A DNA stretch of 64,000 nucleotides, taken from assembly GCA_964629685.1 (NCBI GenBank), contig CAZVTT010000001.1:81877-145876 (forward strand), given 5' to 3'. This DNA comes from an uncultured Gammaproteobacteria bacterium. Its GTDB lineage: Bacteria; Patescibacteriota; Microgenomatia; UBA10105; UBA927. A program made the position numbers and the translations under genes. Below, piece by piece: positions 1 to 10,050 of the stretch. Numbering within the stretch: position 1 is the stretch's first letter; every line of letters begins with the position of its first letter. The notes below the pieces were generated by a model. The model made no database searches and had not been told where the DNA came from. It saw nothing but the letters and a program-made list of their open reading frames with translations.

Positions 1-879
1 GGCATCCCGCAGTCCGGCAGAACCGAACACATGAATTAATCTCCCCGCCGCATGCTGTTTCATTTCCGGCAATATTTTTGCAAAAGCGTTCGGTGTGTGT
101 GCAAAATCAATTACCACGGTAAAGTCTTTATCGTAAATAACCTCTTGCCTTCCGGGAGGAGGAGTAAATGATTCTATCGCAGAACGGATACTCCGATCGG
201 GTATTCCCAACTGTTGTGCCACTAGCGTGGCGGCCAAACTATTTAAAATATTAAATTCACCGAATAGTTTGGTTTTAATCGGAAACAGTTTTGGCGTGAG
301 GGTTGCTTCATGGTGCACGGCGTATGTAAGTACTTTCTTACCGTCTAATGCCGGACGGACTAATTGATACGAAGCATCATCACGATTAATAATACAAACC
401 GGTGCAGTCAAAAGCAGGCGTAGTTTTGCAGCCACATAGGCACGGAACGTCCGATGATAATCCAGGTGTTCATGCGTTATATTTGTCAGAACACCGATTT
501 GATACTCCACTCCCTGTACCCGGTATTGATCTAGCGCGTGTGAGGTAGTTTCGAGAATTACAAATTCGTTTCCGGCATCAACAGCTTTCCGCAGATATCG
601 CTGCACTGCAAACGCAGAAGGTGTTGTAACATGAAACCCGATGTCATACAGCGTATCGCCTATGTATGCGCCAACCGATGTAATCATGGCCACTTCTTTT
701 CCGGCCCGCTTTAATATGTGGTATATCAGACTGGTGGTAGTTGTCTTACCGTCCGTACCCGTAACGCCTATCACAAAAATATGACGCGACGGATTTCGGT
801 ACAGTACATTAGCCAATATGGCTTCCACGTAATGCCCGACATTTTTTAGTCTTCTGATAATTGATGATTTCGCTTCCAT
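1..879 (-). CDS. Mur ligase family protein, MurE-like, with a short N-terminal domain. The C-terminus runs off the window start.
   Basis: Minus-strand translation begins MEAKSSIIRRL. It has the P-loop VIGVTGTDGKTTTTSL typical of Mur ligases and a DFAHTPNAF motif resembling the MurE/MurC DYAHTP motif. It lies directly downstream of murD. Confidence 0.6.
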   Translation of the reverse strand, partial: MEAKSSIIRRLKNVGHYVEAILANVLYRNPSRHIFVIGVTGTDGKTTTTSLIYHILKRAGKEVAMITSVGAYIGDTLYDIGFHVTTPSAFAVQRYLRKAVDAGNEFVILETTSHALDQYRVQGVEYQIGVLTNITHEHLDYHRTFRAYVAAKLRLLLTAPVCIINRDDASYQLVRPALDGKKVLTYAVHHEATLTPKLFPIKTKLFGEFNILNSLAATLVAQQLGIPDRSIRSAIESFTPPPGRQEVIYDKDFTVVIDFAHTPNAFAKILPEMKQHAAGRLIHVFGSAGLRDA

Positions 880-882
880 ACG

Positions 883-2295
883 TTATTGTCGTAGCCCTAG
901 GACGTGCTGTTTAAACTGTTCCCCTCTGTCTTTATAATTTTTAAACATATCGAAACTGGCACAGGCGGGAGAGAGAATCACAACATCACCACTTCGCGCT
1001 ATCTGTTTTGCTGCGGCGACTATTTCGGACATCGAACGACAGTTTTCAATAATTTCAAACGGATAGTTTTTCATAGGAATACTGGCTTTTATTCTGGGCC
1101 ATTCCGCCCCTATTCCGATAATTGCCCGGAGGGATTGCCCGGCAGCTATCACTTTACCCAATTCGGAAAAATCACTATTTTTACTTGATCCACCCAAAAT
1201 AACTATTTTTGGTTCCTGAAATGCGGCAATTGCCGCGATTGCTGTTTCCGGTGTAGTGGAAAACGAATCATCGTAATAGCGTACTCCTTTTATCTGTTTC
1301 ACAAACTCAAGTCTGTGAGTAAGGCCTTTAAACGTTCGCAAAACGTGCCGTATTCTATCTGAAGTAACCCCGGCAACTTTTGCGGCACACACCGCCGCAG
1401 CTGCGTTTTCCCAATTATGCTTCCCCGGAATAAATACTTCCCCCACCGGCAGGATGGCCTCCCTGGCGTTTCCGTCAGTAAATATCAAAACATTATTCTC
1501 CACAAAGCATCCCTGTTTTACCGAATCCTTCATACTCACTGTATAAAGTTGGCTTCTGACATGTGTACTAATCACACGCGAATTTTTATAATCACTATTT
1601 ATGACTGCAAAATCCGACGGTTGCTGATGTTGAATTACCTGGGACTTCGCCAGTACATATTCCTCCGCCGTTGCATGATAATCCTGGTGTTCAACCGTAG
1701 CCATCAACACAACGGCTATATGCGGCGATGTTTCCAAATCCATCAATTGAAAACTGGATAGCTCCAGTACCACCCAATCTCCCTGCTTTACTTTATCCAG
1801 AAAAGATAATGCCGGAACTCCGATGTTTCCACCCAAGTAGACCTCCCGCCCGGTATTTTCCAGCATTTCTGTAATCAATGATGATGTCGTACCTTTCCCC
1901 TTGGTCCCGGTTATACCGATCACAGGTACCGGACAAAAATCCAAAAAAAGTTGTGTGGCCGAAGTTACCGGTATTCCCTTTTCCCGTGCTTTAACTAAAC
2001 TGGGATGACTTGGTTTTATTCCGGGAGACCGTACAATAACGTCATATCCGGAAAAATCAGGCGTTTCTGCAAACTTCCCCACTATCCCCTGTCTTTCCAA
2101 AAAAGATACGTGCTCTGTGGAAAATGCTGAAGTCGGTCTGTTATCACACACAGTAACTATCCCGCCGTGAGCATGGAGAAATGTTGTAGTAGCTATCCCT
2201 TCAACTCCATATCCGAATACCGCAATTCTTTTTTTCTCAATATCCGCTAGTTTGGGAAATACATGCTTCATAATACTGCAGCCATCATACCGCAC
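883..2295 (-). CDS. murD: UDP-N-acetylmuramoylalanine--D-glutamate ligase (MurD)
   Basis: 470 aa. N-terminal Rossmann-like region RIAVFGYGVEG and Mur ligase P-loop GITGTKGKGTT, with overall MurD architecture. The true start is probably the internal Met of MKHVFPKL. Confidence 0.8.
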   Translation of the reverse strand: MRYDGCSIMKHVFPKLADIEKKRIAVFGYGVEGIATTTFLHAHGGIVTVCDNRPTSAFSTEHVSFLERQGIVGKFAETPDFSGYDVIVRSPGIKPSHPSLVKAREKGIPVTSATQLFLDFCPVPVIGITGTKGKGTTSSLITEMLENTGREVYLGGNIGVPALSFLDKVKQGDWVVLELSSFQLMDLETSPHIAVVLMATVEHQDYHATAEEYVLAKSQVIQHQQPSDFAVINSDYKNSRVISTHVRSQLYTVSMKDSVKQGCFVENNVLIFTDGNAREAILPVGEVFIPGKHNWENAAAAVCAAKVAGVTSDRIRHVLRTFKGLTHRLEFVKQIKGVRYYDDSFSTTPETAIAAIAAFQEPKIVILGGSSKNSDFSELGKVIAAGQSLRAIIGIGAEWPRIKASIPMKNYPFEIIENCRSMSEIVAAAKQIARSGDVVILSPACASFDMFKNYKDRGEQFKQHVLGLRQ

Positions 2296-2315
2296 TTATA
2301 GTCCAAACGGAACAC

Positions 2316-3290
2316 TTACCGACCGGGAAGCAGAAACGGTACTGACCTGGGAATTACCTGAACTGTTGCTCTGGACACGAACTCATCACCCACTTCCGCA
2401 TCAACATGCCAGACTGCTCCTTCGGGAAAATGGAATACAACATCTGAAGTTTCCAGCTGTGGTATGCTCTGCGCTTGTGCATTTCCCAGCGAAAGCGCAG
2501 TGTATCCAAGCGCCAAGCGGACGAGACCCTCTCCGGCGATACCGGACGGGACCATAAAGACCGTCATCAATCCATCCGTCAGTGTTCTTCCCGTCAGTTT
2601 CTTCCCCAATATATTCGGTCCGTTCACCGTTTCGATTAACAGTGTGGGTCGCTCATAAATCGTCGCTCCGTTCTGTTCCACCCGTACTTCCTGTGGTCGC
2701 ATTTTATGTAAACTCCGCTGCGCTGCTATGACCACTCTGTCAATGATCCGCGAAAATCTGGAACGTACCTTTTCGTATTCCGATAAAAATGGCGGAACAC
2801 CGATAAATCCGAATTCAATAAGTCCGGTTCTGGATAAAACAGACCCATCCGCCATGGTTATCTCAGCATGCTGTTGATCAATGGAGATACTTTGTTGTTG
2901 CTGGAACGCACGCAGAACGGATGATTCTTTTGGCGGTATGCCGAGTAATCGTGAATTAACATTTATGGCACCGCCAACCACATGAGCCAGTACTATTTTG
3001 CCTGCACTTTTATCCGCTGTGGACATATCTATCACCTGTTGCCATACACGATTCACCGTTCCGTCACCACCATACGTTAAGAGAACGGTATCACCGTCCC
3101 GCCGTAATGCAGCTGAGACCTCCCGCTGTATGAACAGATTCGGATCGCCCGCAGAGACGGATGAACCGATTTCTATAATGGGACCTACGGGTAAAGTTCT
3201 CTCCAATTCATCAACGGTCTGACTAAACCAAGCAGCATCTACCCTGGTTGATTTCACATTAGCGATAGGTATGACATGTTCAATATTCAT
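2316..3290 (-). CDS. Lipid kinase with a diacylglycerol-kinase catalytic domain (YegS/BmrU-like)
   Basis: 324 aa with a GGDGTVN signature of the DAGK_cat/NAD-kinase superfamily. It lacks the NAD kinase GSTAYS-type motif. Confidence 0.55.
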   Translation of the reverse strand: MNIEHVIPIANVKSTRVDAAWFSQTVDELERTLPVGPIIEIGSSVSAGDPNLFIQREVSAALRRDGDTVLLTYGGDGTVNRVWQQVIDMSTADKSAGKIVLAHVVGGAINVNSRLLGIPPKESSVLRAFQQQQSISIDQQHAEITMADGSVLSRTGLIEFGFIGVPPFLSEYEKVRSRFSRIIDRVVIAAQRSLHKMRPQEVRVEQNGATIYERPTLLIETVNGPNILGKKLTGRTLTDGLMTVFMVPSGIAGEGLVRLALGYTALSLGNAQAQSIPQLETSDVVFHFPEGAVWHVDAEVGDEFVSRATVQVIPRSVPFLLPGR

Positions 3291-3358
3291 ATATCAACAA
3301 TGACGTTTACACAGGCAGGTATACGAGGATGTATCAGTTGGTGTATGGAATCAAAAGA

Positions 3359-4273
3359 CTAGGGCAGTACATTCAATAAACGATGCATAGTAATCGGAAT
3401 CTGATTGGCCAAATCTGTAGCATTAAAAACCAGTCCCACTGTTTTATATAAGTCGTCTCCTGATTGTTTATTTATAAAACTCCCACACAAAGTCGCCAGC
3501 AAGGGATCATTTTTACAGGCAAGTCCCGAAATTAGTCCGGCCAGCACATCTCCTGTCCCACCCTTGGTCATACCGGCATTCCCGCCGGTAATTTCCCAAA
3601 CGTCTTTCCCGTCAGAAACGTAATCAGACTCACCCTTAACCAACAAAATACACGTATACTTGGCTGCAAAACACTTAACCTGTTCAGGCAATAAAAATAC
3701 CTCAGCATCCCGTGGTTCAATGTGTACATGCCGTTTCCACAAGCCCTCAAATTCACCATGATGCGGTGTTAAAATCGCACGGGATGGAATGTCATTCACA
3801 TTTAACACTTGTAATGCTCCGGCATCCAACACCCATTGTTTCTGCGGATACCGTTTAAGGAGCATATGCGTCAATGCGACAGTCTGACTTGATTCCTCAG
3901 GTAGCTGGTCGATTTGGGTAATGTCCGTAAACTCCTCAGGAGTTACCTGTAACAACTGGTTGTCCGGTCTTACCATTCCCGGTCCGATAAGCACGCAATC
4001 ATCTTCCTGAATATACGACTCGACATCTCGTCTATGAATGACTATGCCATTTCTGAATTCTTCTTTCATCCGTAAAATAAGTTCATTATTTTCCGGAACA
4101 GACGCATAGTGAACCAGATCTACTAATCGCGAAGCCACGGTAAGTGACCAGATACTGGCAGCATGGAACAAATGTGATCCGCCAATAATCAGCAATCGTC
4201 CGTTGTTGCCTTTATGTGAAGATCTGGCGGGAACGTACAGTCGTTGTAGGTCTTGCCGGGTTACGGTATTCAT
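3359..4273 (-). CDS. ADP-dependent NAD(P)H-hydrate dehydratase (YjeF C-terminal carbohydrate-kinase-like domain)
   Basis: HKGNNGRLLIIGGS near the N-terminus, GPGMV, and a C-terminal TKGGTGDVLAGLISGL motif. This is the classic YjeF_C pattern. Confidence 0.7.
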   Translation of the reverse strand: MNTVTRQDLQRLYVPARSSHKGNNGRLLIIGGSHLFHAASIWSLTVASRLVDLVHYASVPENNELILRMKEEFRNGIVIHRRDVESYIQEDDCVLIGPGMVRPDNQLLQVTPEEFTDITQIDQLPEESSQTVALTHMLLKRYPQKQWVLDAGALQVLNVNDIPSRAILTPHHGEFEGLWKRHVHIEPRDAEVFLLPEQVKCFAAKYTCILLVKGESDYVSDGKDVWEITGGNAGMTKGGTGDVLAGLISGLACKNDPLLATLCGSFINKQSGDDLYKTVGLVFNATDLANQIPITMHRLLNVLP

Positions 4274-4282
4274 AGTATGCGT

Positions 4283-5404
4283 CTATATTGTATCTGATCG
4301 GTCCGGATGCTCCAAGGGCAGATGCAGTACATCCACTTTCGTATCGGGAATTCGCCTTATCATTTCCACCGTTTCCGGGTGAGCGGAAGTTATTACCGTT
4401 TGTTGGTGCTTAACTACATCCAACACCAATTGCTGATGCACCTCATCTAATTCCGAAAAAATATCATCCAGCAATAAAATGGGTCTGTCCCCCAACCGCT
4501 CCTGAATAAAAGAAAGCTCAGTCAGTTTCAACCAGAGCACTGCCAAACGTTGTTCGCCTCGCGACCCAAAACTCGCTAAATCCACCCAAACCGCTTCCGT
4601 ACTTTCTTTACGTTTAGCGTCATTGTCGTAGTTTCGCTGCTTCTGAAATATGAGATCATCCCGGTGCGGCCCTACCAAAGTAACTTTTGCTCCTATTTCC
4701 GCATCCGCATACTGTTCCAGCCTGGATTCGGAAATCACACTTTTGTCATAGATGATATGAAAATCAAAATCTGATGAAGGAAATTGATTGACGTAATCTA
4801 TAAACGCAGCCCGGGCATCCGTCAAATACCCACCGGCTTTAATTAATAATTGATTCCAAAATATAAGTTGACTCCGGGAGGCAAGTCCTTCATTAATCCG
4901 TTCCAGCAATTTGTTCCGTTGCCGCACTCCCCGTTCGTATGATAATAACGTCCGTCTGTATTCCCGGTCTACCTGTACAAGCACTGCGTTAAGGTAATTC
5001 CGCCGGATACTGGGGCTATCGGTAATCAGTTCCAAGTCTTCGGGCCAAAAAAGTACAGCCCGCACCCTACCCAACGCATCATACATACGGCGGGGTACGC
5101 CGTTTACCAAATACTTTTTCAACGCCGTCCTGCGTCCGCCCACATTTCCAGCCGTAACCACTATCTCAACTTCATCTTCACCTGTTAATCCTTTAATTCT
5201 GCCTACTTCCTCATCCCAGCGGAGTATTTCGTTATCCCGCTTCGCGCGGAAACTTTTACCGGTAGCAAGCGCATACATTGCTTCCAGTAAATTCGTTTTT
5301 CCAATGGCATTATGCCCGACAATCACGGTTATATACGGAGAAAGTACTATCCTGGCTTTTGGATACGTTCGGATATTCGTTAAGTGTAATTCAGACAGTA
5401 CCAT
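4283..5404 (-). CDS. recF: DNA replication and repair protein RecF
   Basis: 373 aa. N-terminal LHLTNIRTY followed by Walker A GHNAIGKTNLLEA. It has SMC-like RecF architecture and a C-terminal LLLDDIFSELD signature/Walker B region. Confidence 0.85.
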   Translation of the reverse strand: MVLSELHLTNIRTYPKARIVLSPYITVIVGHNAIGKTNLLEAMYALATGKSFRAKRDNEILRWDEEVGRIKGLTGEDEVEIVVTAGNVGGRRTALKKYLVNGVPRRMYDALGRVRAVLFWPEDLELITDSPSIRRNYLNAVLVQVDREYRRTLLSYERGVRQRNKLLERINEGLASRSQLIFWNQLLIKAGGYLTDARAAFIDYVNQFPSSDFDFHIIYDKSVISESRLEQYADAEIGAKVTLVGPHRDDLIFQKQRNYDNDAKRKESTEAVWVDLASFGSRGEQRLAVLWLKLTELSFIQERLGDRPILLLDDIFSELDEVHQQLVLDVVKHQQTVITSAHPETVEMIRRIPDTKVDVLHLPLEHPDRSDTI

Positions 5405-5450
5405 GACGGCATTATACCTTTAGCCGAAAGAAGTTACATTCCGGAAGCCA

Positions 5451-6170
5451 TTAAGAAATTATAGTACCGGTAAACGGTTTACCGTCAAGCGCGTCGGCCA
5501 AATTGGGAAGATTTTTCCCGTTCAGTATTTTCACGGTAATGCCGAGTTCATCCGCCAATCTGGAAGCGATGGGATCAAACGGCAAATTCATTCCGGGAAT
5601 CCATTTTTCTCCGGTCATGGCTCGGTAATCCTTCCAGGTAGAAGATGTAAGGGGTTTTGCGTCGGGGAATTTTCTGGGGTCTTTGTCGTATACTTGGTCG
5701 ATGTTTGTCAGATTTATGACTGTGGTAATTCCGTAATCCTGAGCTAGTGTTACCGCACAATAGTCAGTACTCCATCCCGGCTTCCAACCTGCCGCAATGG
5801 CGAGCGGTGCGTCTATTTTTAAAATAATTTCATAGTGTTTGATCACTCTGGGATCTGCTATATCACGGAAAATTGTCCTGACCATTTGTGCGTTTAATCT
5901 GGTAGCGTGAATTCCCAACCAATCCAGATCTACATCTTCAATGATACTGCCGCGAACCGTACGGGCTGCTTCCTGATATTGCCGCGTGGTAGCTCCCCCA
6001 CCGACAACTACAAAAAATCTCCTTTTTTTGGAGGAGATTTGATCACGGATGAATGTGTTTAAATCGTTAAGGAACTGGGTATCAATACCAGTAGGAGGTA
6101 CTACGAGCGACCCGCCGAGTGACAGGACAAATGTATCTTTCCCCAAACTCATAATAAAGACGGAGGGCAA
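5451..6170 (-). CDS. pyrH: Uridylate (UMP) kinase, archaeal type (amino-acid kinase family)
   Basis: VVVGGGATTRQY, LDWLGIHATRLNAQ and TNIDQVYDKDPRKFPDAKPL are colinear with the archaeal UMPK motifs GGGSTAR, LGIxAxRLNA and TNVDGVYxxDPR. Confidence 0.65.
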   Translation of the reverse strand: MPSVFIMSLGKDTFVLSLGGSLVVPPTGIDTQFLNDLNTFIRDQISSKKRRFFVVVGGGATTRQYQEAARTVRGSIIEDVDLDWLGIHATRLNAQMVRTIFRDIADPRVIKHYEIILKIDAPLAIAAGWKPGWSTDYCAVTLAQDYGITTVINLTNIDQVYDKDPRKFPDAKPLTSSTWKDYRAMTGEKWIPGMNLPFDPIASRLADELGITVKILNGKNLPNLADALDGKPFTGTIIS

Positions 6171-6235
6171 CAGACGTTTAAGCCTTTACGCACCTTCGTA
6201 ATAGTATCAGAAATCGTTAGAATGTCAAACAAATG

Positions 6236-8377
6236 TCAGAAATCCTTCATCTGCCTGTACTTTTTAAACTTTTCGATTATTGTGGTACACACACGCATTA
6301 AAACCCCGGGACCAGCACCTACTTTTTTATCAATAAGCTCATAATCTTCCAGCGTAAACGACTCTAGTGCTTCTATGGTAGAGGCTCCCGACAGTCTGGG
6401 TAACGAATGCAGGAGTATAACGACAGAGTCGGTTAATTCTGATGGCTTAACATTTGATCCACCGATCATATCCTGAAACTCCGGATCAGCGGCTAAATCC
6501 TGCAACGATTGACGCTGTGATCTTGGCAGTACGGTATACACATCTACTGGAACGATTCTCCCCTGTCGGGAAACCCGGGATACTGGATGTCGCTTAATCA
6601 TACCCAACACTTTTAAATCCAAAAACAGCTGCTTAAATTCATACAATTTATTAACGGAAAGCGGATATTCGTTGTATAAACGATCAAGTTCCAGCGCTGT
6701 TAAACCTGCCGGATAGCGCTGCATCAACATATAAATCGCTGCCGCTCCCGTCCATCGGCTGTCGGATAATTCGACGGTATGGTTGTATACCTCCCCCGGA
6801 ACGCGTGCCTGTGTAGCGGCATAATACTCCTGCTGCAGGAATGTTCCTTCCGCTTGTTTCCAAATCTGCGATTTAGCCAAATTCAATGTCCGTTCTTCCT
6901 GATCCCCGAATTCGTCAGGCTGCCATAATTCCACGAACAATGTCCATTCGTTAAATTCATCCGAGCGGGAAACAACTCCCAAGTCCCTAAGTGCCCTGAT
7001 AAATCGCTGTACGCCGTCAGTTTGTGGTGCAATGGTATGATTTTTTCCGTTAATATAAATATCCCGTTGCCTGGTCACAAACTCTATATCCCGGTCTTCC
7101 ACACTTCCGGTCCGGTACGGTTCAACCACTAAGTGACGTGATGCCAGCACTGTTTCCCATTGTTCCCTTGTTACGTGCGATAGACCGGGAATGAGTGTGG
7201 CCAAACCGCCGTCACGTAGAGCCTGAATCGTAATATACGGATCGATTGTCAAACATAATGCTAATTCCCGTCTGGGAATGGTTAACGGATCGTTCAGCGT
7301 AGCCATGGCATCCAATAATCCGCGGGTTCGTGCCCGGAAAGAAAACAGCGTCCCCACTTCATACTGTGGCAACAGCATACCCAATTGAGGCAGAGTTAGT
7401 CGTCCTTCAGATACCGGAATATCCCTTACCGTATGCAGAAGATTCATACGCAACGAACGCAGTGCTATCTCCAATACATCCCCGGGTCTGTTGGATTCCG
7501 TCATTATTTCATCTTGCCCCTGCATCGCCGCAATAGCATCCTGCCGCAATGCATACCGAATTGTGGGATGTATTGAACCTCCTTGTTCAACCGTTAATTC
7601 TGCCACGCAAATATCCTGTTTCAGAGATGTTTTTCCCTGCCGTTTATCAGATTCGACGGCATTTCCGGTAGTCGGCAGTTCACCGATATCTATATGAAAA
7701 CCGCGCTTACCGGTATTCTTATCGATAAAAGAAATCGTCATCATCTGCCGGGAAGGATTTGTCGGAACCGGCCCCTCATACAATTCCATGTCCCAGTCCG
7801 CATATGTAGGATGTTCAAAACGCACGGTTCTCATTTCGTGATGACCGTTATTGGGAATACCTTTGGCAGGAGCTCTGGTGACTGCGTCAGTCGGAACTCC
7901 ATATAACGCGATAGCACGATCAAACATTAGAGGAATAGAACGGGCCGGACCGAAAATTTTGATATCAATATCCGCGGCGGCATCCGCAGATAGACTCCGG
8001 ATTAAACGCATTTCTTCGGATTCAATGGGAAAAACACCTTCAAGTTGATCCAGTTCCTGTTGTAAACTTCGGCTATACTCCCAAAAGCGTTCGGGAACGC
8101 CGTGTGCCATACATTTGGCTACACTCCCGCTTACTTCCACATGGGTTACTTCTCCTACCGCAAAAACCGAATTTACAAGCGCGGTTTGTACTAAATCCGG
8201 GATATCAGCATACTGATCTGGCCCGGCAGCCATATACCCCGCTAAGAAATGCTGCTCAAGGAAATCCCGCAACGTACCTTCCCGCACTATCTCTGCCGGT
8301 TCCAATCGTTCACTATCGTCATCATCTGTCGGAAGATAATTTCTATATCTTCCGAGGTATTGTTCGTACTGTGTCAT
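6236..8377 (-). CDS. Hypothetical protein, 713 aa, no recognisable domain
   Basis: A long uninterrupted ORF. Its start lies 7 nt downstream of the stop of the wHTH gene, so the two are operonic. No motif was recognised by eye. Confidence 0.5.
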   Translation of the reverse strand: MTQYEQYLGRYRNYLPTDDDDSERLEPAEIVREGTLRDFLEQHFLAGYMAAGPDQYADIPDLVQTALVNSVFAVGEVTHVEVSGSVAKCMAHGVPERFWEYSRSLQQELDQLEGVFPIESEEMRLIRSLSADAAADIDIKIFGPARSIPLMFDRAIALYGVPTDAVTRAPAKGIPNNGHHEMRTVRFEHPTYADWDMELYEGPVPTNPSRQMMTISFIDKNTGKRGFHIDIGELPTTGNAVESDKRQGKTSLKQDICVAELTVEQGGSIHPTIRYALRQDAIAAMQGQDEIMTESNRPGDVLEIALRSLRMNLLHTVRDIPVSEGRLTLPQLGMLLPQYEVGTLFSFRARTRGLLDAMATLNDPLTIPRRELALCLTIDPYITIQALRDGGLATLIPGLSHVTREQWETVLASRHLVVEPYRTGSVEDRDIEFVTRQRDIYINGKNHTIAPQTDGVQRFIRALRDLGVVSRSDEFNEWTLFVELWQPDEFGDQEERTLNLAKSQIWKQAEGTFLQQEYYAATQARVPGEVYNHTVELSDSRWTGAAAIYMLMQRYPAGLTALELDRLYNEYPLSVNKLYEFKQLFLDLKVLGMIKRHPVSRVSRQGRIVPVDVYTVLPRSQRQSLQDLAADPEFQDMIGGSNVKPSELTDSVVILLHSLPRLSGASTIEALESFTLEDYELIDKKVGAGPGVLMRVCTTIIEKFKKYRQMKDF

Positions 8378-8383
8378 AATATT

Positions 8384-9628
8384 CTATATTTTCAATATAT
8401 AACCTTTTCCGCGTACTGCCTGAAGTACTTTAGGGGAAACGGAAAGTTCAGCGAGTCGCTTGCGGACTCTGGCAATAATCTGATCAATTGCCCAGTCGGA
8501 ATACTGCGCATCGGTGTCTATCGGCCATAACCTGGCTGCCAATTCTTCACGGGTAACAATCGTCCCTTTTCTTTCCAACAGGAGTCGCAGCACTCTGTAT
8601 TCTTTACGGGGAAAAACCTGATCAATGGGTATTTGATTCATAAAAACATGATCGGTATCCATCGTCAGGGCTACTACTCCGGCTGCATGCTGACCGATAT
8701 ATTCCCCTAATACGCCCACTTTAAACGTATTGTCTGCATTTAGCACCCGCATATGCTTAAAATAATTTAAACTTTGTTCTTCTTCTGCCGAAAATCCCTG
8801 TTGGCCACGGGCGAGTTTTAATAAAATTTGTTGTTGATTTTGGGAGAGCAACGAGTATACCGTTTTAATCCTGAATTGCAAACTCTCATTCTCGATTGAC
8901 CACTTTCCATTGTGTGCAATTTGCCGCATTGCGTCCTTCACAAACCAAAAATGTCCTCCACAGCGGGTAATAATTTCCTGTTCCTGAGCAGACGTCAATG
9001 TCAAATTCCATTTGGTTTTTAGGTAGGTAATAAACGCCTGAGTATCCGCATCATCATACAGCGGATAATGAAACACATTCTCCAATAAAAACGTTGAACT
9101 CGGCAACAAAGGAAGGTAAGACGGATGTGTCAGATCCGATTCATAGAACCCAATCGTCGTTATATACGGTGCAAATTCAATTACCAAATAGGCAATATAC
9201 GAAAGAATAGTGTGGTTCGGCGGAATAAGATATTTTTCCATGTCAGGAAGAATGAGTACTAATCTGACATTTCTCTCGTGAAAATATGTCATCCACTCAT
9301 CAAAAGATTTGGGCGGAACACCCAGGCTCGGCATATTAAGCATCCTGGCAATATAATCCTGAATATCCATATGGTCTTCTACCACCGTCAGGCTAAAATC
9401 GACCATTTGGAACATATAGGTAGGACCTTTGCCGAGCGTCTCCTGCAGAAATTGCCTATCCTCCAGCAACTGTTGTAAACGGCGTAATCTGTCCGTTTTC
9501 GGAAAGAAAAGCACGGAGACATTTTCTCCGCGTCCCAACGCCCGCAACCACTGTTGCGCAGCATCACGATATTGAGCGGTACTTACCAGGGGGTAATTAG
9601 CTGCCATATTTAGTGGTGAGTATACCAC
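8384..9628 (-). CDS. Putative transcriptional regulator with a C-terminal OmpR/PhoB-type winged-helix DNA-binding domain and an atypical N-terminal domain (no receiver)
   Basis: The C-terminus reads YRVLRLLLERKGTIVTREELAARLWPIDTDAQYSDWAIDQIIARVRKRLAE...VRGKGYILKI, matching the trans_reg_C wHTH pattern. The N-terminal ~300 aa lacks the receiver D-D-K residues. The ORF starts with GTG at 9628, or alternatively with ATG at about 9607. Confidence 0.55.
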   Translation of the reverse strand: MVYSPLNMAANYPLVSTAQYRDAAQQWLRALGRGENVSVLFFPKTDRLRRLQQLLEDRQFLQETLGKGPTYMFQMVDFSLTVVEDHMDIQDYIARMLNMPSLGVPPKSFDEWMTYFHERNVRLVLILPDMEKYLIPPNHTILSYIAYLVIEFAPYITTIGFYESDLTHPSYLPLLPSSTFLLENVFHYPLYDDADTQAFITYLKTKWNLTLTSAQEQEIITRCGGHFWFVKDAMRQIAHNGKWSIENESLQFRIKTVYSLLSQNQQQILLKLARGQQGFSAEEEQSLNYFKHMRVLNADNTFKVGVLGEYIGQHAAGVVALTMDTDHVFMNQIPIDQVFPRKEYRVLRLLLERKGTIVTREELAARLWPIDTDAQYSDWAIDQIIARVRKRLAELSVSPKVLQAVRGKGYILKI

Positions 9629-9640
9629 GGTTAAACCTTG

Positions 9641-9658
9641 CTGACAATATTATGTCAG
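9641..9658. promoter_or_regulatory. Inverted repeat CTGACA-N6-TGTCAG, a candidate operator just upstream of the wHTH regulator gene
   Basis: The sequence ctgacaatattatgtcag lies 13-30 nt upstream of the annotated start, inside a 420-nt non-coding spacer. Confidence 0.3.
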
Positions 9659-10050
9659 CTAATTCGTCAAGCATTATCGGGCTATTTGCTCATAATACAC
9701 TCAATATATGTCATTTGTATTTACGAATATGAACGCAGATCTCTCGCCATTTTCATCTCAGGAAATATCCCCACCCCCGGGGCACGATGATGATGCTACT
9801 CAGACCTCATCTGAGTTACCGGGAGCACTTAAACAAGACAATTGGACTACAGAGACCATAATAATTAACGGGTTACCGCAGACAATCATCTTTCCCGAGG
9901 GCTAACTTCCCCAGGACGCCCGCGCACCTACACAGCAACAATTAAAGTGATTGTCACGGGAAACCGTTACGAAGGAAGGTTGCGATATAGGCCATGCTGT
10001 CGAAGATAGCGACGCTCACAAGGCGGCAGCATGGCTTCCGCAACAGAAAA

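Noticed and set aside
904-2557. Several 60-115-aa plus-strand ORFs inside or overlapping murD (904..1188, 1417..1761, 2252..2557)
   Set aside because: They lie antisense to a well-supported Mur ligase gene, with no RBS or conservation logic.
9708-9905. 65-aa ORF in the 420-nt spacer upstream of the wHTH gene
   Set aside because: There is no RBS, the composition is skewed, and it lies in a probable regulatory leader. It is treated as non-coding.
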